A stretch of 64,000 nt of DNA from Candidatus Eiseniibacteriota bacterium (GTDB lineage: Bacteria > Eisenbacteria > RBG-16-71-46), in assembly GCA_038231135.1 (NCBI GenBank), contig JBBRLX010000004.1:32001-96000 (forward strand), in the 5' to 3' direction. This document shows, piece by piece, positions 11,665 through 21,322 of this stretch. Numbering within the stretch: the first letter of the stretch is position 1; the number at the start of each line of letters is the position of its first letter. A program made the position numbers and the translations under genes. A model generated the notes under the pieces. It was not told the DNA's origin. It made no database searches and saw only the letters and a program-made list of their open reading frames with translations.

Positions 11665-12497
11665 GGCAATTCTTGGAACACCTCGGGGGTTCCGCCGGCC
11701 GCCGTCCGAGCCGCGTGCAGCTCCGCGGCGGCAACCGACCGCACCGGGACGCCGGGGGGTGCTCCGCTTCCGGCGGCCGACGGGGCGGGTTCCGGCCCGC
11801 GGAACAGCAGCTGGGCACGGACGTCGTCGCCGGACGTGAACGTGATCCAGTACATCGCGTCCGTCACGATCGCGCCGCCCGCATCGCGGCCGTCCCACAC
11901 GATGCTGGCCAGGCCGCCCAGCGCTAGATCCGAAAACAGCGTGCGCACCCTGCGCCCGCCCAGGTCGAGCACGGCGATCGTGATCGGCTCGATCCGCGGG
12001 ACTTCGAAATACACGGTGGTGGTGTCGGGCGACGGATTCGGCGCGGGATACAGGTCGCCGAGTGCCGCGAGCCGCAGCGTGTCGCGGACCACGAGATCCT
12101 GGTTCACGACCGTGAGCTTCTCGGTGGTGTCTGCGATCGCACCGACGACCCGGGTGCGCGCAATGTAGCCGCCGGGACCCAGCCCCGAGAACTTGTAGAT
12201 TCCCTTCACGGTGGTGGTGACACCCACGATCCGGCTGCCGAACGCCAGCTCGACCTGCACGCCGTCGGCATTCCCCACGACCTTGGTGCCGGCGAAGTGG
12301 CCGCTCGCCTGCGTGAGGTATCCCGTCAGCTTGACGTGGCCTTCGATCGAATACAGGCGTGGTGCCTCGGGACTCGTGGAACAGCCGGCCGCCACCAGCA
12401 CCGCCACGAGACCCGCGAGAACCCACGGCCGGTACCGGGGCCCGGCCGGGTCGGAACCGTCACGGCGGTCCGGGCGCGCACTGCGGTTCCATGCCAT
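11661..12497 (-). CDS. Lipoprotein with carboxypeptidase-regulatory-like beta-sandwich and FlgD-Ig-like domain
   Basis: Lipobox LVAAGC; GIYKFSGLGPGGY; YPAPNP...LDLGGRRVRTL...WDGRD. Confidence 0.75.
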   Translation of the reverse strand: MAWNRSARPDRRDGSDPAGPRYRPWVLAGLVAVLVAAGCSTSPEAPRLYSIEGHVKLTGYLTQASGHFAGTKVVGNADGVQVELAFGSRIVGVTTTVKGIYKFSGLGPGGYIARTRVVGAIADTTEKLTVVNQDLVVRDTLRLAALGDLYPAPNPSPDTTTVYFEVPRIEPITIAVLDLGGRRVRTLFSDLALGGLASIVWDGRDAGGAIVTDAMYWITFTSGDDVRAQLLFRGPEPAPSAAGSGAPPGVPVRSVAAAELHAARTAAGGTPEVFQELP

Positions 12498-12658
12498 ACC
12501 AAGGATCCTAACGAATTTACGCCGCCACCGGCGGGAAATCGCAGCCCCTGGCGTGGCAACGCGGCGGCCTTGCGCTTCGCGATCAAATGCCTCGAGCGCC
12601 GCCCGCGCTCGAGTCGCCACGCGGGACGGTCGAGATCCGGTAGCGGGAGGGTGGCGGG

Positions 12659-13354
12659 TTACTTCGCCGGGGCGGGCAGCGCCCTCAGGAACTCCGCGGC
12701 CTCGTCGGACAGGTTCGGCGACCAGTGGCCGAACAGCAGCTTCTTCACCGGCACCGGCTGCCCGTAGAACGCAGCGATCGCCTTGTCGTCGGCCGACAGC
12801 CGCGCGCCCTCGAGCGAGATGCCCGCGAACAATCCCTTGGACCTGCCGTACGAATAGATCTCGGAGTTCAGGTTGAGGTCAGTGCTGGCCTCACCGCCGC
12901 GGCCCACCGGGCCGGCCGCCACGCTCGCCTTGCCACCCAGCGTGAACTTGCTGTCGAGCAGCGATCGCGCGCTCTTCTCGGTCATGAAGAACAGCACGAC
13001 ATCGCTCTTCTCGACCCCGATCTGAAAGCCCATGCTGCCGCCGGTGAGCCGCAGGAACGCGGGAGGGCTCCAGGCACCCGAATCGTTGCGGCAGCTCACC
13101 ACGCCCTGGCCGAACCGCGCACCGTAGCCGAGCGCTCCCTTGATCACACCGGGAATGACGGCGACGCACTTGCACCGTTCGAGCAGCGCCTGGGGCACGG
13201 AGCTGTCCGGGGCGCTCATGATCTCCTGGTAGGCGTTGCGTGCATCGTTGAGGCGTACCCCGAGCTTGTACGCCAGCGGCTCCTCGGCGCGGACCGTGTG
13301 GGCCCCCGCGAGGACGGCGGCGAATACGAGTGCGACGGTCGAAAGTCGTTTCAT
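12659..13354 (-). CDS. SYLF/Ysc84 lipid-binding domain protein
   Basis: Signal peptide; GGSMGFQIG, KFTLGG.ASVAAGPVGR, SYGRSKGLFAGISLEG; GGGAG RBS. Confidence 0.92.
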   Translation of the reverse strand: MKRLSTVALVFAAVLAGAHTVRAEEPLAYKLGVRLNDARNAYQEIMSAPDSSVPQALLERCKCVAVIPGVIKGALGYGARFGQGVVSCRNDSGAWSPPAFLRLTGGSMGFQIGVEKSDVVLFFMTEKSARSLLDSKFTLGGKASVAAGPVGRGGEASTDLNLNSEIYSYGRSKGLFAGISLEGARLSADDKAIAAFYGQPVPVKKLLFGHWSPNLSDEAAEFLRALPAPAK

Positions 13355-13598
13355 GGCAACACTCCCTGTTTGGAACGAGTGATGGCACGCGGGCATCCGC
13401 GCGGATCCGGGCAGGTGCAAAGAGTCGTTCGGAGCACTCATTCCGGGCTTGCATCGCAAATTCAGGTCATTCTAAGCTCACGGCAGGGCGATGCCGGCCA
13501 CTCGGGGCTCGCGCGCACCTCTTGGGCAGCAAGCGGCGTCGGCGAGTCCACGCGGTTCACGGTGGCCACTGACGCCGCGTTTGTTTGCCGCCCGCACG

Positions 13599-14849
13599 TT
13601 AGACGCGGCTCGGAGCCGCAGGGTGCGCCCGCGTTGTGGACGGCGGCCGGGCCCCAAGCCGCGCGATGGCGGCGATCCCGCATGCGGGGCCCAGCGCCAG
13701 CACAGTGAACGCCCAGCGCCAGCCGGTATGGGCGACCAGCACGGGCAGCCCCTGGATCGTGACCGTGGTGAGCAGGAACCCCACCGAGGTCTGGAGCGTC
13801 AGCGCCGTCCCCACCGCGTGACGCGGCGCGTACTCGGTCACCATGGCGCTGAACTGCGCCGAATCGGCGACGACGAAGAATCCCCACACCAGCACGAGCG
13901 GCATCAGCAGCCACGGACTCGCGCCGAACACCAGGCCGACCGTGAGGCAGCATGCGCCGCTCGCCGCCATCGCGATCGTCACCACCCGGGAGTAGCCGAG
14001 GCCGCCCGCGGCCCAGCCGCCCCATACGCATCCGCCGGCGCCGGCCACCAGCACGAAGAATGTCGCGAGGTCCGCGGCCCGCCGGTCGGGTGCGGCGCCC
14101 GCGGCGGCGAACCCGGCGGCCAGGAACGCCGGCATCCAGGTCCACATCGCGTACAGCTCCCACATGTGCCCGAGGTATCCCGACGTGGCGAGGCGGGTCT
14201 CGCGATGGCGCACGACGTCGGCCACCAGCTTCCAGTCGAACGGCCGGCGCTCGAACGGATACGGACCGTCGTGGTACAGCGTCGCGATCATCACCGCGGC
14301 GCCCACCGCCCCGAGCGAGGGCAGCGTGACCACATAGAACACGTCGGGATCGCCGAGCGCGTGGACGAGGTAGGGGATGCCCTTGCCGATCCCGAGTGCG
14401 CCCACGAGCACGCCGATCGCGAGTCCGCGGCGTTCGCGGAACCACGTGGCCGCCATCTTCATCCCCGGCGGATACACACCGGCGAGGAAGCAGCCCGTGG
14501 CGAACCTCGACACCAGGGCGCCGCCGTAGCCCGGCGCGGCGAGCAGCGACAGATTCGCGAGGCTCGCGAGCAGCGCCGAGACGGCGAAGTAGTTTCGCGC
14601 CGGCCACAGGTCCGCGAGATTGAGCACCGCGGCGGACGCCGTGCCCACAACGAATCCGAGCTGCACCGCGGTGGTGAGCCAGCCGAGCTGTCCCGCGTCG
14701 AGCCCCCAGCGCGCGCCGAGCTGGATGCGCGCCGCGTTGGCGGCGAACCACAACGACATGCCGAGCAACTCCGCCGCCGCGAGCAGCGCAAGCATGCGCC
14801 ACGGCGTGGCGGACTGCGGAGTCGCATCGGACACGGGCGCGTGGGTCAT
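13599..14849 (-). CDS. MFS transporter
   Basis: About 12 hydrophobic segments; LAGVYPPGMK, YLGHMWELYAMW, ADSAQFSA motifs. Confidence 0.9.
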   Translation of the reverse strand: MTHAPVSDATPQSATPWRMLALLAAAELLGMSLWFAANAARIQLGARWGLDAGQLGWLTTAVQLGFVVGTASAAVLNLADLWPARNYFAVSALLASLANLSLLAAPGYGGALVSRFATGCFLAGVYPPGMKMAATWFRERRGLAIGVLVGALGIGKGIPYLVHALGDPDVFYVVTLPSLGAVGAAVMIATLYHDGPYPFERRPFDWKLVADVVRHRETRLATSGYLGHMWELYAMWTWMPAFLAAGFAAAGAAPDRRAADLATFFVLVAGAGGCVWGGWAAGGLGYSRVVTIAMAASGACCLTVGLVFGASPWLLMPLVLVWGFFVVADSAQFSAMVTEYAPRHAVGTALTLQTSVGFLLTTVTIQGLPVLVAHTGWRWAFTVLALGPACGIAAIARLGARPPSTTRAHPAAPSRV

Positions 14850-15073
14850 GGCGGCGCACCTTACGCGAGCGACCCGCCGGAAGCCACGCGCGACCGGTCC
14901 TTGGTCCTCGCGCGCCGCGTCGCGTTGCGCGTGCCGACGCCCCACATCCGCGCGGGTGCCGCCGCCCGCCCGAATCCTGGCGTGTGCCGCCGGCCCGCGC
15001 TCGCCGAACACCCGGATGGCCACCCCTTGCGGGATGGCCATCGGGAATCGGTTTCGTGCGGCTTACGGATCGC

Positions 15074-18000
15074 CTAGCGGAACAGCACGATCTTCCTGCT
15101 CGACACCCGCTCGCCGGACGCCAGCCGGACGAAGTAGGCGCCTGCCGGCAGTGGGCGACCGCCCTCGCCGCGTCCGTCCCACCGCACGGAACTCATGCCG
15201 GCCTGGACGGTGCCCGAGACGAGCGTCCGCACGCGCTGACCACCGAGCGTGTAGACGGCGAGGTTCGCGTTGCCGGCCTTCGACATCGCGTACGCGATGA
15301 CCATGCCGTTGCGCGCCGGATTGGGTGCGGCCGCATAGATGCCGAAGTCCACACCCTTGAGATTCGGCAGCACGTCGGCATTGGCCCACTGGCACTGCTC
15401 GGCGCACACGTCGATCGTGCCGGGAACTCCGTCACACACGAACGTGACGCTGAAGCAGCACGACAGGTTGGGCGCGCTCGTGGGAATCGCCACGCTGATC
15501 CAGCCCGTCCAGCCCGGCGGGACCGGGTTCGGAGCGGGCGTGAAGTTCTCGTTCAACAGCGTGGCGTTCCAGCCCGGACACAGACCGGCGATCGACCACG
15601 TCGCGCCGGCGGAATTGTTGCAGAACACCAGCGTGTGGATGTGGCTCGAACCGGAACCCGGACGCACCAGCAGCTGGGTGAAGTGGCGACCCACCTGTCC
15701 GGAGCCACCCGGGCCGTTCCAGTTGATGTCGACGTTGCCCGACCAGCTCGTGTCGGGCGGACACGGCGACCCGGGCGCGGGACCGCCACCGGGCAGCCGT
15801 TCCTGAGGCTGGGGCGGCAACTGCGCCAGTGGCACTTCGATGAACACGTCGAAGAAGCTCGACGGCTGGATCGGCGGCACGTCGAACGTCCCGATCGTCC
15901 CCGCGTCGGGCAGGAACACTCCGAACTGCTGGGAGTGCATCGTTCCGCTCACCGGATCCGTGGGGTTATTGGCATCGGGATTCGACCAGCGCATGTGGAA
16001 CCGGATGCTGCTTGTGCCGGCAACCCGCGCCCAGTCCACGACTCCGAGCACCGGCTTCTTCGGGCCGCAGTTGCAGGTGTAGGCGCACACGTCGATCACA
16101 CCCGGAGTGCCGTTGCACGTGAAGACGACCTTGAAGCAGCAGGTCGTGGGAATCGGCGTTCCCGCGGGCGCCTGCACGGCGAGCAGTCCGACCCAGCCCG
16201 GCGGCACCGGATTCGGCGCCGGCGTGAGATCGGTGTTGAGCAGCGTGGCGCTGAACCCCGGGCACAGGCCCGCAATGGTCCACGACGCGCCGACCGCGCT
16301 CTGGCAGTCGGTCTCGATGAACAGGGTGGTGGGTGCGGCACCCGGACACACCGGCATCTCGCCGAAGTGCTTGAATGCCTGCCCCGGCCCGCCGGTCCCG
16401 TTCCAGGTGATGTTGACGTTGCCGTGCCAGTGGTCGGTGACGCACGGGTTCGGCGTGCCCGCCGTGCTGCCGGGCACCGTCAGCGCCGGTTCGGGCGGCA
16501 GCTGCGACCTGTCGATGTCCAGGAACACGTCGAAGAAGCTCGACGGGGCGATCGCCGGAACGCTGAATGGCCCGATCGGGCCGAAGTCCGGCAGGAACAC
16601 GCCGAGCGCCTGCGAATTCATCGTGCCGCTCACGGGTCCCGACGACGAACCGGCGTCCGGGTTCGTCCAATGCTGATGGAAGTGGACCGTCGAGCCGGTG
16701 TTCGTCCAGTCGACCGAGGACAGCGTCGGCGGATGCGAACCGCCGCACTGGCAGGCGGTCGAGCAGATGTTGATCGTGGCCGTGGCGCCGTTGCACTGGA
16801 ACACCACGCCGAAGCAGCAGCTGGCGCCGGAAGGAACGGACCCGGCCGCCGTGATCGAGATGAAGCCCGACCAGCCCACCGGCACGGGATTGGGCGCCGG
16901 CGTAAGGTTCTCGTTCACCAGCGTCACGGTGAAGCCGGGGCACACGCCGACGAGCGACCACGGCATCGGCGACGTGCAGTTGCTGGGCCGGAAGTGGATG
17001 TAGGACGGCGCACCGCCCGCACATGTGAGCAGGTCGGCGTAGTGCCGGTTGACCTGGCCCGACTGCCCGGAGCCCGACCACTGGATGTCGACGTTACCCG
17101 CCCAGTTGGTGTCGGGCGGGCAATCCGACAGCGTCGCCGGACCGCGGTGGCGCATGGACGCGGCGAGCGCCGGGACGCCACCGGACCCGCCGATCAGCTT
17201 CTGCGGCGCCGGGGGGAGCGAGGACAGCGGAACCTCGAAGAACACATCGAAGAAACTGCTGGGCTGGAGCGGGGGCACATTGAACTGGCCGATCTGCCCG
17301 GCATCCGGCAGGAACACGCCGAATTCCTGCGACGACATCGATCCGCTGATCGGCGGCGACATCGCGTCGTTGTCCAGGTTCTGCCAGCGGATGTGGAACT
17401 TGATGTCGGTCGTGCCACTCACGGGCAGCCAGTCGATCGCCGTCGGAGACAACACGCCGACGCAGCCATTGCCGCCGGTCGGGATTTCACCGACCTCGCC
17501 GGCTGTGCGCTGATAGGTACCCGGCCGCGCAAGCGCCGTGCCGCTGCCGAGATTGGACTGACTCGCGGCGGGCGTGTCGGGCAGAAATGCCGATGCGATC
17601 GCTCCCGCGTCGGGACCGTCGATCGAAATCCCGGTCTTGTCCATCTTGGGATTCGAGGGCGAGGTGGCGCCCCAGCTCGCGTAGTCGACGTCACACACGC
17701 GGTCGGACACGCCGTCCCAGCAGAACAACATCACCCACTCGCCATTCGTGGCGCTGGGATTGGTGAACATGCCGCCGGTGACCGGGAAGACGGAGCCGGT
17801 CGCGACGTTGACCATGTCGTCGCTGGTATTGCCGTTCGTATTGGTCATTTCGAGGAAGTACTGGGCGCCGGGCGCGCTGGCGCCGCTCGCGGCGAAGCCG
17901 GTCTTGGTCACGCAGACCACCGCCGTGCGGCCCGGGTTGAGCGAGAGCCCGGCGGGGAACTTGAGCGCGAAGTCGCTGGTGTTCGCCACGGCGAACGGAC

Positions 18001-18355
18001 CGTTGACAACCTTGTAGTAGCCGATGTCATCGCTGAGGTACTTGCCATCCAGCGATACCGGCTTGGTGGTGGGGTTGTAGATCTCGACGAACTCGCTCGA
18101 ATCGGGAGCGCCGCCGGCCGCGGCGAGGCTGGCGCCGCGAACGCCGACTTCGCTGATCAGCAGATGCGTGCCCGAGAGACCACCGGGAACCGTGCCTGGC
18201 GTGGGTAGCGCCGTGGTCCAACCGCCGCCCGTGGCGGCGAAATTCTCACTGGTTTCATTGTGCCCGCCGATCGTACACGTCTGGGGCCACGCCGCTGTGG
18301 CGAACCCCGCGATTCCGATCAGGGCCGTCGTCAGAAACGTACACAACCGCTTCAT
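15074..18355 (-). CDS. Large secreted protein: signal peptide, lamin-tail domain, three Cys-rich ~220-aa repeats, FlgD-Ig C-terminal domain
   Basis: CAGGAG RBS; LLISEV...EFVEIYNPT...VSL (LTD); three GVFLPD..PSSFFDVF..PAPNPVP repeats; APNP...WDGRGEGGRPLPAGAYF. Confidence 0.85.
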   Translation of the reverse strand: MKRLCTFLTTALIGIAGFATAAWPQTCTIGGHNETSENFAATGGGWTTALPTPGTVPGGLSGTHLLISEVGVRGASLAAAGGAPDSSEFVEIYNPTTKPVSLDGKYLSDDIGYYKVVNGPFAVANTSDFALKFPAGLSLNPGRTAVVCVTKTGFAASGASAPGAQYFLEMTNTNGNTSDDMVNVATGSVFPVTGGMFTNPSATNGEWVMLFCWDGVSDRVCDVDYASWGATSPSNPKMDKTGISIDGPDAGAIASAFLPDTPAASQSNLGSGTALARPGTYQRTAGEVGEIPTGGNGCVGVLSPTAIDWLPVSGTTDIKFHIRWQNLDNDAMSPPISGSMSSQEFGVFLPDAGQIGQFNVPPLQPSSFFDVFFEVPLSSLPPAPQKLIGGSGGVPALAASMRHRGPATLSDCPPDTNWAGNVDIQWSGSGQSGQVNRHYADLLTCAGGAPSYIHFRPSNCTSPMPWSLVGVCPGFTVTLVNENLTPAPNPVPVGWSGFISITAAGSVPSGASCCFGVVFQCNGATATINICSTACQCGGSHPPTLSSVDWTNTGSTVHFHQHWTNPDAGSSSGPVSGTMNSQALGVFLPDFGPIGPFSVPAIAPSSFFDVFLDIDRSQLPPEPALTVPGSTAGTPNPCVTDHWHGNVNITWNGTGGPGQAFKHFGEMPVCPGAAPTTLFIETDCQSAVGASWTIAGLCPGFSATLLNTDLTPAPNPVPPGWVGLLAVQAPAGTPIPTTCCFKVVFTCNGTPGVIDVCAYTCNCGPKKPVLGVVDWARVAGTSSIRFHMRWSNPDANNPTDPVSGTMHSQQFGVFLPDAGTIGTFDVPPIQPSSFFDVFIEVPLAQLPPQPQERLPGGGPAPGSPCPPDTSWSGNVDINWNGPGGSGQVGRHFTQLLVRPGSGSSHIHTLVFCNNSAGATWSIAGLCPGWNATLLNENFTPAPNPVPPGWTGWISVAIPTSAPNLSCCFSVTFVCDGVPGTIDVCAEQCQWANADVLPNLKGVDFGIYAAAPNPARNGMVIAYAMSKAGNANLAVYTLGGQRVRTLVSGTVQAGMSSVRWDGRGEGGRPLPAGAYFVRLASGERVSSRKIVLFR
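15387..17450 (-). repeat. Three tandem intragenic domain repeats (about 17450-16742, 16730-16064, 16050-15387)
   Basis: Conserved DW, FHxxWxN, SQxxGVFLPD, PSSFFDVF, WxGNVxIxW, CPG, TPAPNPVPxGWxG and CCF in every unit. Confidence 0.92.
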
Positions 18356-18701
18356 GGGGACTCCTGCAAGGGGTGGAATTTCGGGTGATGGATGGGACGC
18401 CGGGATCGGAGCGTGGTCGAAGTTTTCAGCGAGCGACCTCCTGCGACGCGGGTCCCGAGAGGCAGGCATGACGGCTCGGGTCGCGAGGGAATGGTCGGGC
18501 CGCCCGACTCGAGGAATCGATCAGGCGATGCACCGCGGAGAGCGGGCATGAGGGGCATGGGACGGCCTCGACAGGGGACTGCGATGGGACCGTTTCATGA
18601 TTCCGAGATCCCAGAATGGGACATGGTCATCCCCGTGAACGGTCCAGGCAAGGGAAATCGTCAAGATTCGTAAAACCCGTTGCGATCCCCTATACAATAG
18701 A

Positions 18702-18733
18702 CCCTCCGGAGCAACCTTAGCCGCTCCGGAGGG
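18702..18733 (-). terminator. Hairpin downstream of the 18743 gene
   Basis: Perfect 11-bp inverted repeat CCCTCCGGAGC / GCTCCGGAGGG. Confidence 0.6.
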
Positions 18734-18742
18734 ACCTCGGGC

Positions 18743-19105
18743 CTACTGTTTCGGGGTAAACCGCCGGTGTTCCTGGATCGCCGCCACCGAGGCGCTGCCA
18801 AGCGTGAACGCCGAGCGGAATTCGCCCTCGACGCCGACCTGGGCTCCGGTCCGCGGGGCGCCGTTGGTGCTTGTCACCACCGAGATCGTGCCGGTGCCGT
18901 CGTTCACCCGGTAGCCGCCGAACCCGAGCACCGCCGCCGACTCCTCGACGTTGCCTGCGATCCGCACGATGGTCTTGTCGAACCGCGACGGGTCGTCGAG
19001 CAGGGTCTTGATGGGAGTGACGCCCGCGCCACCTTTGCAGCCGGCGAGGGCGAGGACGGCGAACGCGAGCAGCGCGGCGGTGCGGATTCCGGGACGACGG
19101 GGCAT
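18743..19105 (-). CDS. Small OB-fold-like lipoprotein
   Basis: GGAGG RBS; lipobox LAGC; TPIKTLLDDP...V.I.G.V...DGTG.I.V. Confidence 0.7.
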   Translation of the reverse strand: MPRRPGIRTAALLAFAVLALAGCKGGAGVTPIKTLLDDPSRFDKTIVRIAGNVEESAAVLGFGGYRVNDGTGTISVVTSTNGAPRTGAQVGVEGEFRSAFTLGSASVAAIQEHRRFTPKQ

Positions 19106-19200
19106 GGCAACCTCCACCTGGGAAACCTCGAGAAACGGGAGCGGTCGAACGCACTCTAGAACGCCGCCGGTGGGTTGTCGAAATCACATTCGCCCTGGCA

Positions 19201-21273
19201 TCAACCCCCGACCCGCGCCAGCCCGGCGCGGGCGTCGGGGTCGGCGGGATTCGCCTCGAGCCCGCGTTCATAGGCCCGCCGGGCCGCAACTCGGTCGCCC
19301 AGCATCTCGTACGCCGCGCCGCGCAGCGCGTCGAGGCCACCCGCGTCGGGATGCAGTTCGCGCTCGCGCTGGACCTCGCGCAGCGCGTCCCGCGGGCGTT
19401 GCTGACCGAGCGCCACGCGGCCGAGCAGCTCGTGGACCCGCGGCAGGAACGGCTGCTTCGCGAGAGCGCGTTCGAGGTCGCGCCGCGCGTCGTCGTTGCG
19501 GCCGTCCATCATGGCCAGGATCCCGAGCATGTGGCGCGCGGCGCCGTCCTCGCCCGAGGCGGCTGCCATGCGTTCGAGTTCGGCGCGAACCCGCGCGCGG
19601 TACGCGGTGTCGGCCACCGCCGCGGGGACGACCTGCATGCGGCGGACGATGCCGGCCGGCAGCAACCGGTACGCGAACGCGTTCGCGATCGGCGCCAGGC
19701 GGCGGGTGCGGCGCACCAGCACCTCGGCGGCATCGTCCGCGAACACCAGGGCCCAGCTCGAATCGGCATCAAGCACGTCGGGCAGCCGGTCGCCCGGATC
19801 CTGATCGCGGGCGAGCACGACGATGTCGAACCCGTAGCGCCGGTCGAGCGCATGCCACGCCGCCGGGTCCACGAACACCCGCGGATAGCGGGCGCGGATC
19901 TCGGGGCGGATGTTCTCCGGCTGGGTGGTGACGAACGGCAGCCGCCCGCGTCCGGGCCAGGCGCGATAGGCGAGGTAGCCGCCGAGCTGGAATGGATTGA
20001 ACATGCGGCCCTCGATGTCGTGGCGCTCGAGGAACGCCGCCGCCGCCGAGGGCACCAGCGACGGCTCGATGCCGATCGCGAGCGGCAGCTCCGGACGCCG
20101 CCATTCGGCGACGCCCAGCGCGAGGCATGCGACCGCCGCCGTCGCCGCGCGCGTCCACACCGGCCGCGTCCATGCCGGCCAGCGCAACTCCCGCACGAGC
20201 GCTTCGAGATCGCGCGCCACGAACGGCGCCGCCATCAGCGCGTAGAACCCGAGGAAGCGTTGCGAGGAGATGCCCAGGTACGTGAACGCGAGGCACGCGA
20301 GCACGTCCGCCAGATCGAGCCCCGAACGCCGCCACCGTGCGATCGCGAGCAGCGGCCACGCCGCGACCAACAGCGGCAGACCGTCGGTGCGATGCGCCTG
20401 CCAGTTCACCGGCAGCAGCTCCACGACGTTGCGGAACATCGGCTCGTGACGCCAGCGGAACGCGAACTCGAACGGCTGGATGAGCGCCCGCGCGCCGAAC
20501 GGATTCACGAACGACACTGCGGCGCACGCGGCGCCGATCCACAGGAACCGCCGCAGCGCCGCGCCGCGTACCGGGCGGCCGCGCTCCGCGTCGAGGGCGT
20601 GGATGCCGAGCACGAGGAACAGCAGCCAGTACGAGATGTGGACGTTGGCCCACACCAGCGCGAGCGGGATCAGCCAGCGGCGATGGTCGCGCCCGCCGTT
20701 CCGCCACGTCTCGAGGATCCACACCTCGGCCGCGAGCAGCACCGCGACCAGGCTCTCGGGCCTTACCTCGGCGCGCAACCGGTAGACCAGCGCCGCCCAC
20801 GCGATGACCACGAACGCGAGGACGCCGCGGGCGCCCATGCGCCGCGCGGCGAGACCGAGCAGCGCGAACGTCGTGAGCGTCGTGAGCCAGCGGAACACGA
20901 ACAGCCCCGGGATGCCGGCTACGGCCCACACCGGCCACAGCAGCGCGCGAAACCCCCACGATGTGGTGATCTGCGGATCGCCGAAGCCCACCCACGTCCA
21001 TTGGTCGGTGGCAGGGATCGCGTGGCGCGCCCAGATGGCCTTGCCCACCACGAGCAACTGCCAGAGATCGGTGTCGTGGATCCGGTAGGACACCGAGAGC
21101 ACGATCGAGATCGCGGCGGCGAGACCCAGGAGCAGCGCCGCGGGATGACGCAGCGCAAGGGGGGGCGCGGGCTCCGGCGGGTGAGCGGAAACGCCGCGAG
21201 CCCGGCCGCCTGGGGACGGGCTCGCGGGGGCCCGCCGCTCGGGCGGGCGCCGGGACGACGACGATCGGCTCAC
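19201..21273 (-). CDS. Polytopic membrane protein, GT-C glycosyltransferase-like, with C-terminal TPRs
   Basis: DTDLW motif in the first periplasmic loop, RPE and WANVH motifs, more than 10 TM segments, TPR tail (AYERGLEANP). Confidence 0.65.
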   Translation of the reverse strand: MSRSSSSRRPPERRAPASPSPGGRARGVSAHPPEPAPPLALRHPAALLLGLAAAISIVLSVSYRIHDTDLWQLLVVGKAIWARHAIPATDQWTWVGFGDPQITTSWGFRALLWPVWAVAGIPGLFVFRWLTTLTTFALLGLAARRMGARGVLAFVVIAWAALVYRLRAEVRPESLVAVLLAAEVWILETWRNGGRDHRRWLIPLALVWANVHISYWLLFLVLGIHALDAERGRPVRGAALRRFLWIGAACAAVSFVNPFGARALIQPFEFAFRWRHEPMFRNVVELLPVNWQAHRTDGLPLLVAAWPLLAIARWRRSGLDLADVLACLAFTYLGISSQRFLGFYALMAAPFVARDLEALVRELRWPAWTRPVWTRAATAAVACLALGVAEWRRPELPLAIGIEPSLVPSAAAAFLERHDIEGRMFNPFQLGGYLAYRAWPGRGRLPFVTTQPENIRPEIRARYPRVFVDPAAWHALDRRYGFDIVVLARDQDPGDRLPDVLDADSSWALVFADDAAEVLVRRTRRLAPIANAFAYRLLPAGIVRRMQVVPAAVADTAYRARVRAELERMAAASGEDGAARHMLGILAMMDGRNDDARRDLERALAKQPFLPRVHELLGRVALGQQRPRDALREVQRERELHPDAGGLDALRGAAYEMLGDRVAARRAYERGLEANPADPDARAGLARVGG

Positions 21274-21322
21274 TCCATCAAATTACCGCCTGCCGTCCTC
21301 CGCGCGCGAATGCCGGCGGACC

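Noticed and set aside
14984..18208. 1074-aa plus-strand ORF, and similar long ORFs at 1861, 19351, 30693, 33395 and 54468
   Set aside because: Arg/Ala/Gly-rich antisense or off-frame ORFs expected in high-GC DNA, each overlapping a well-supported gene.
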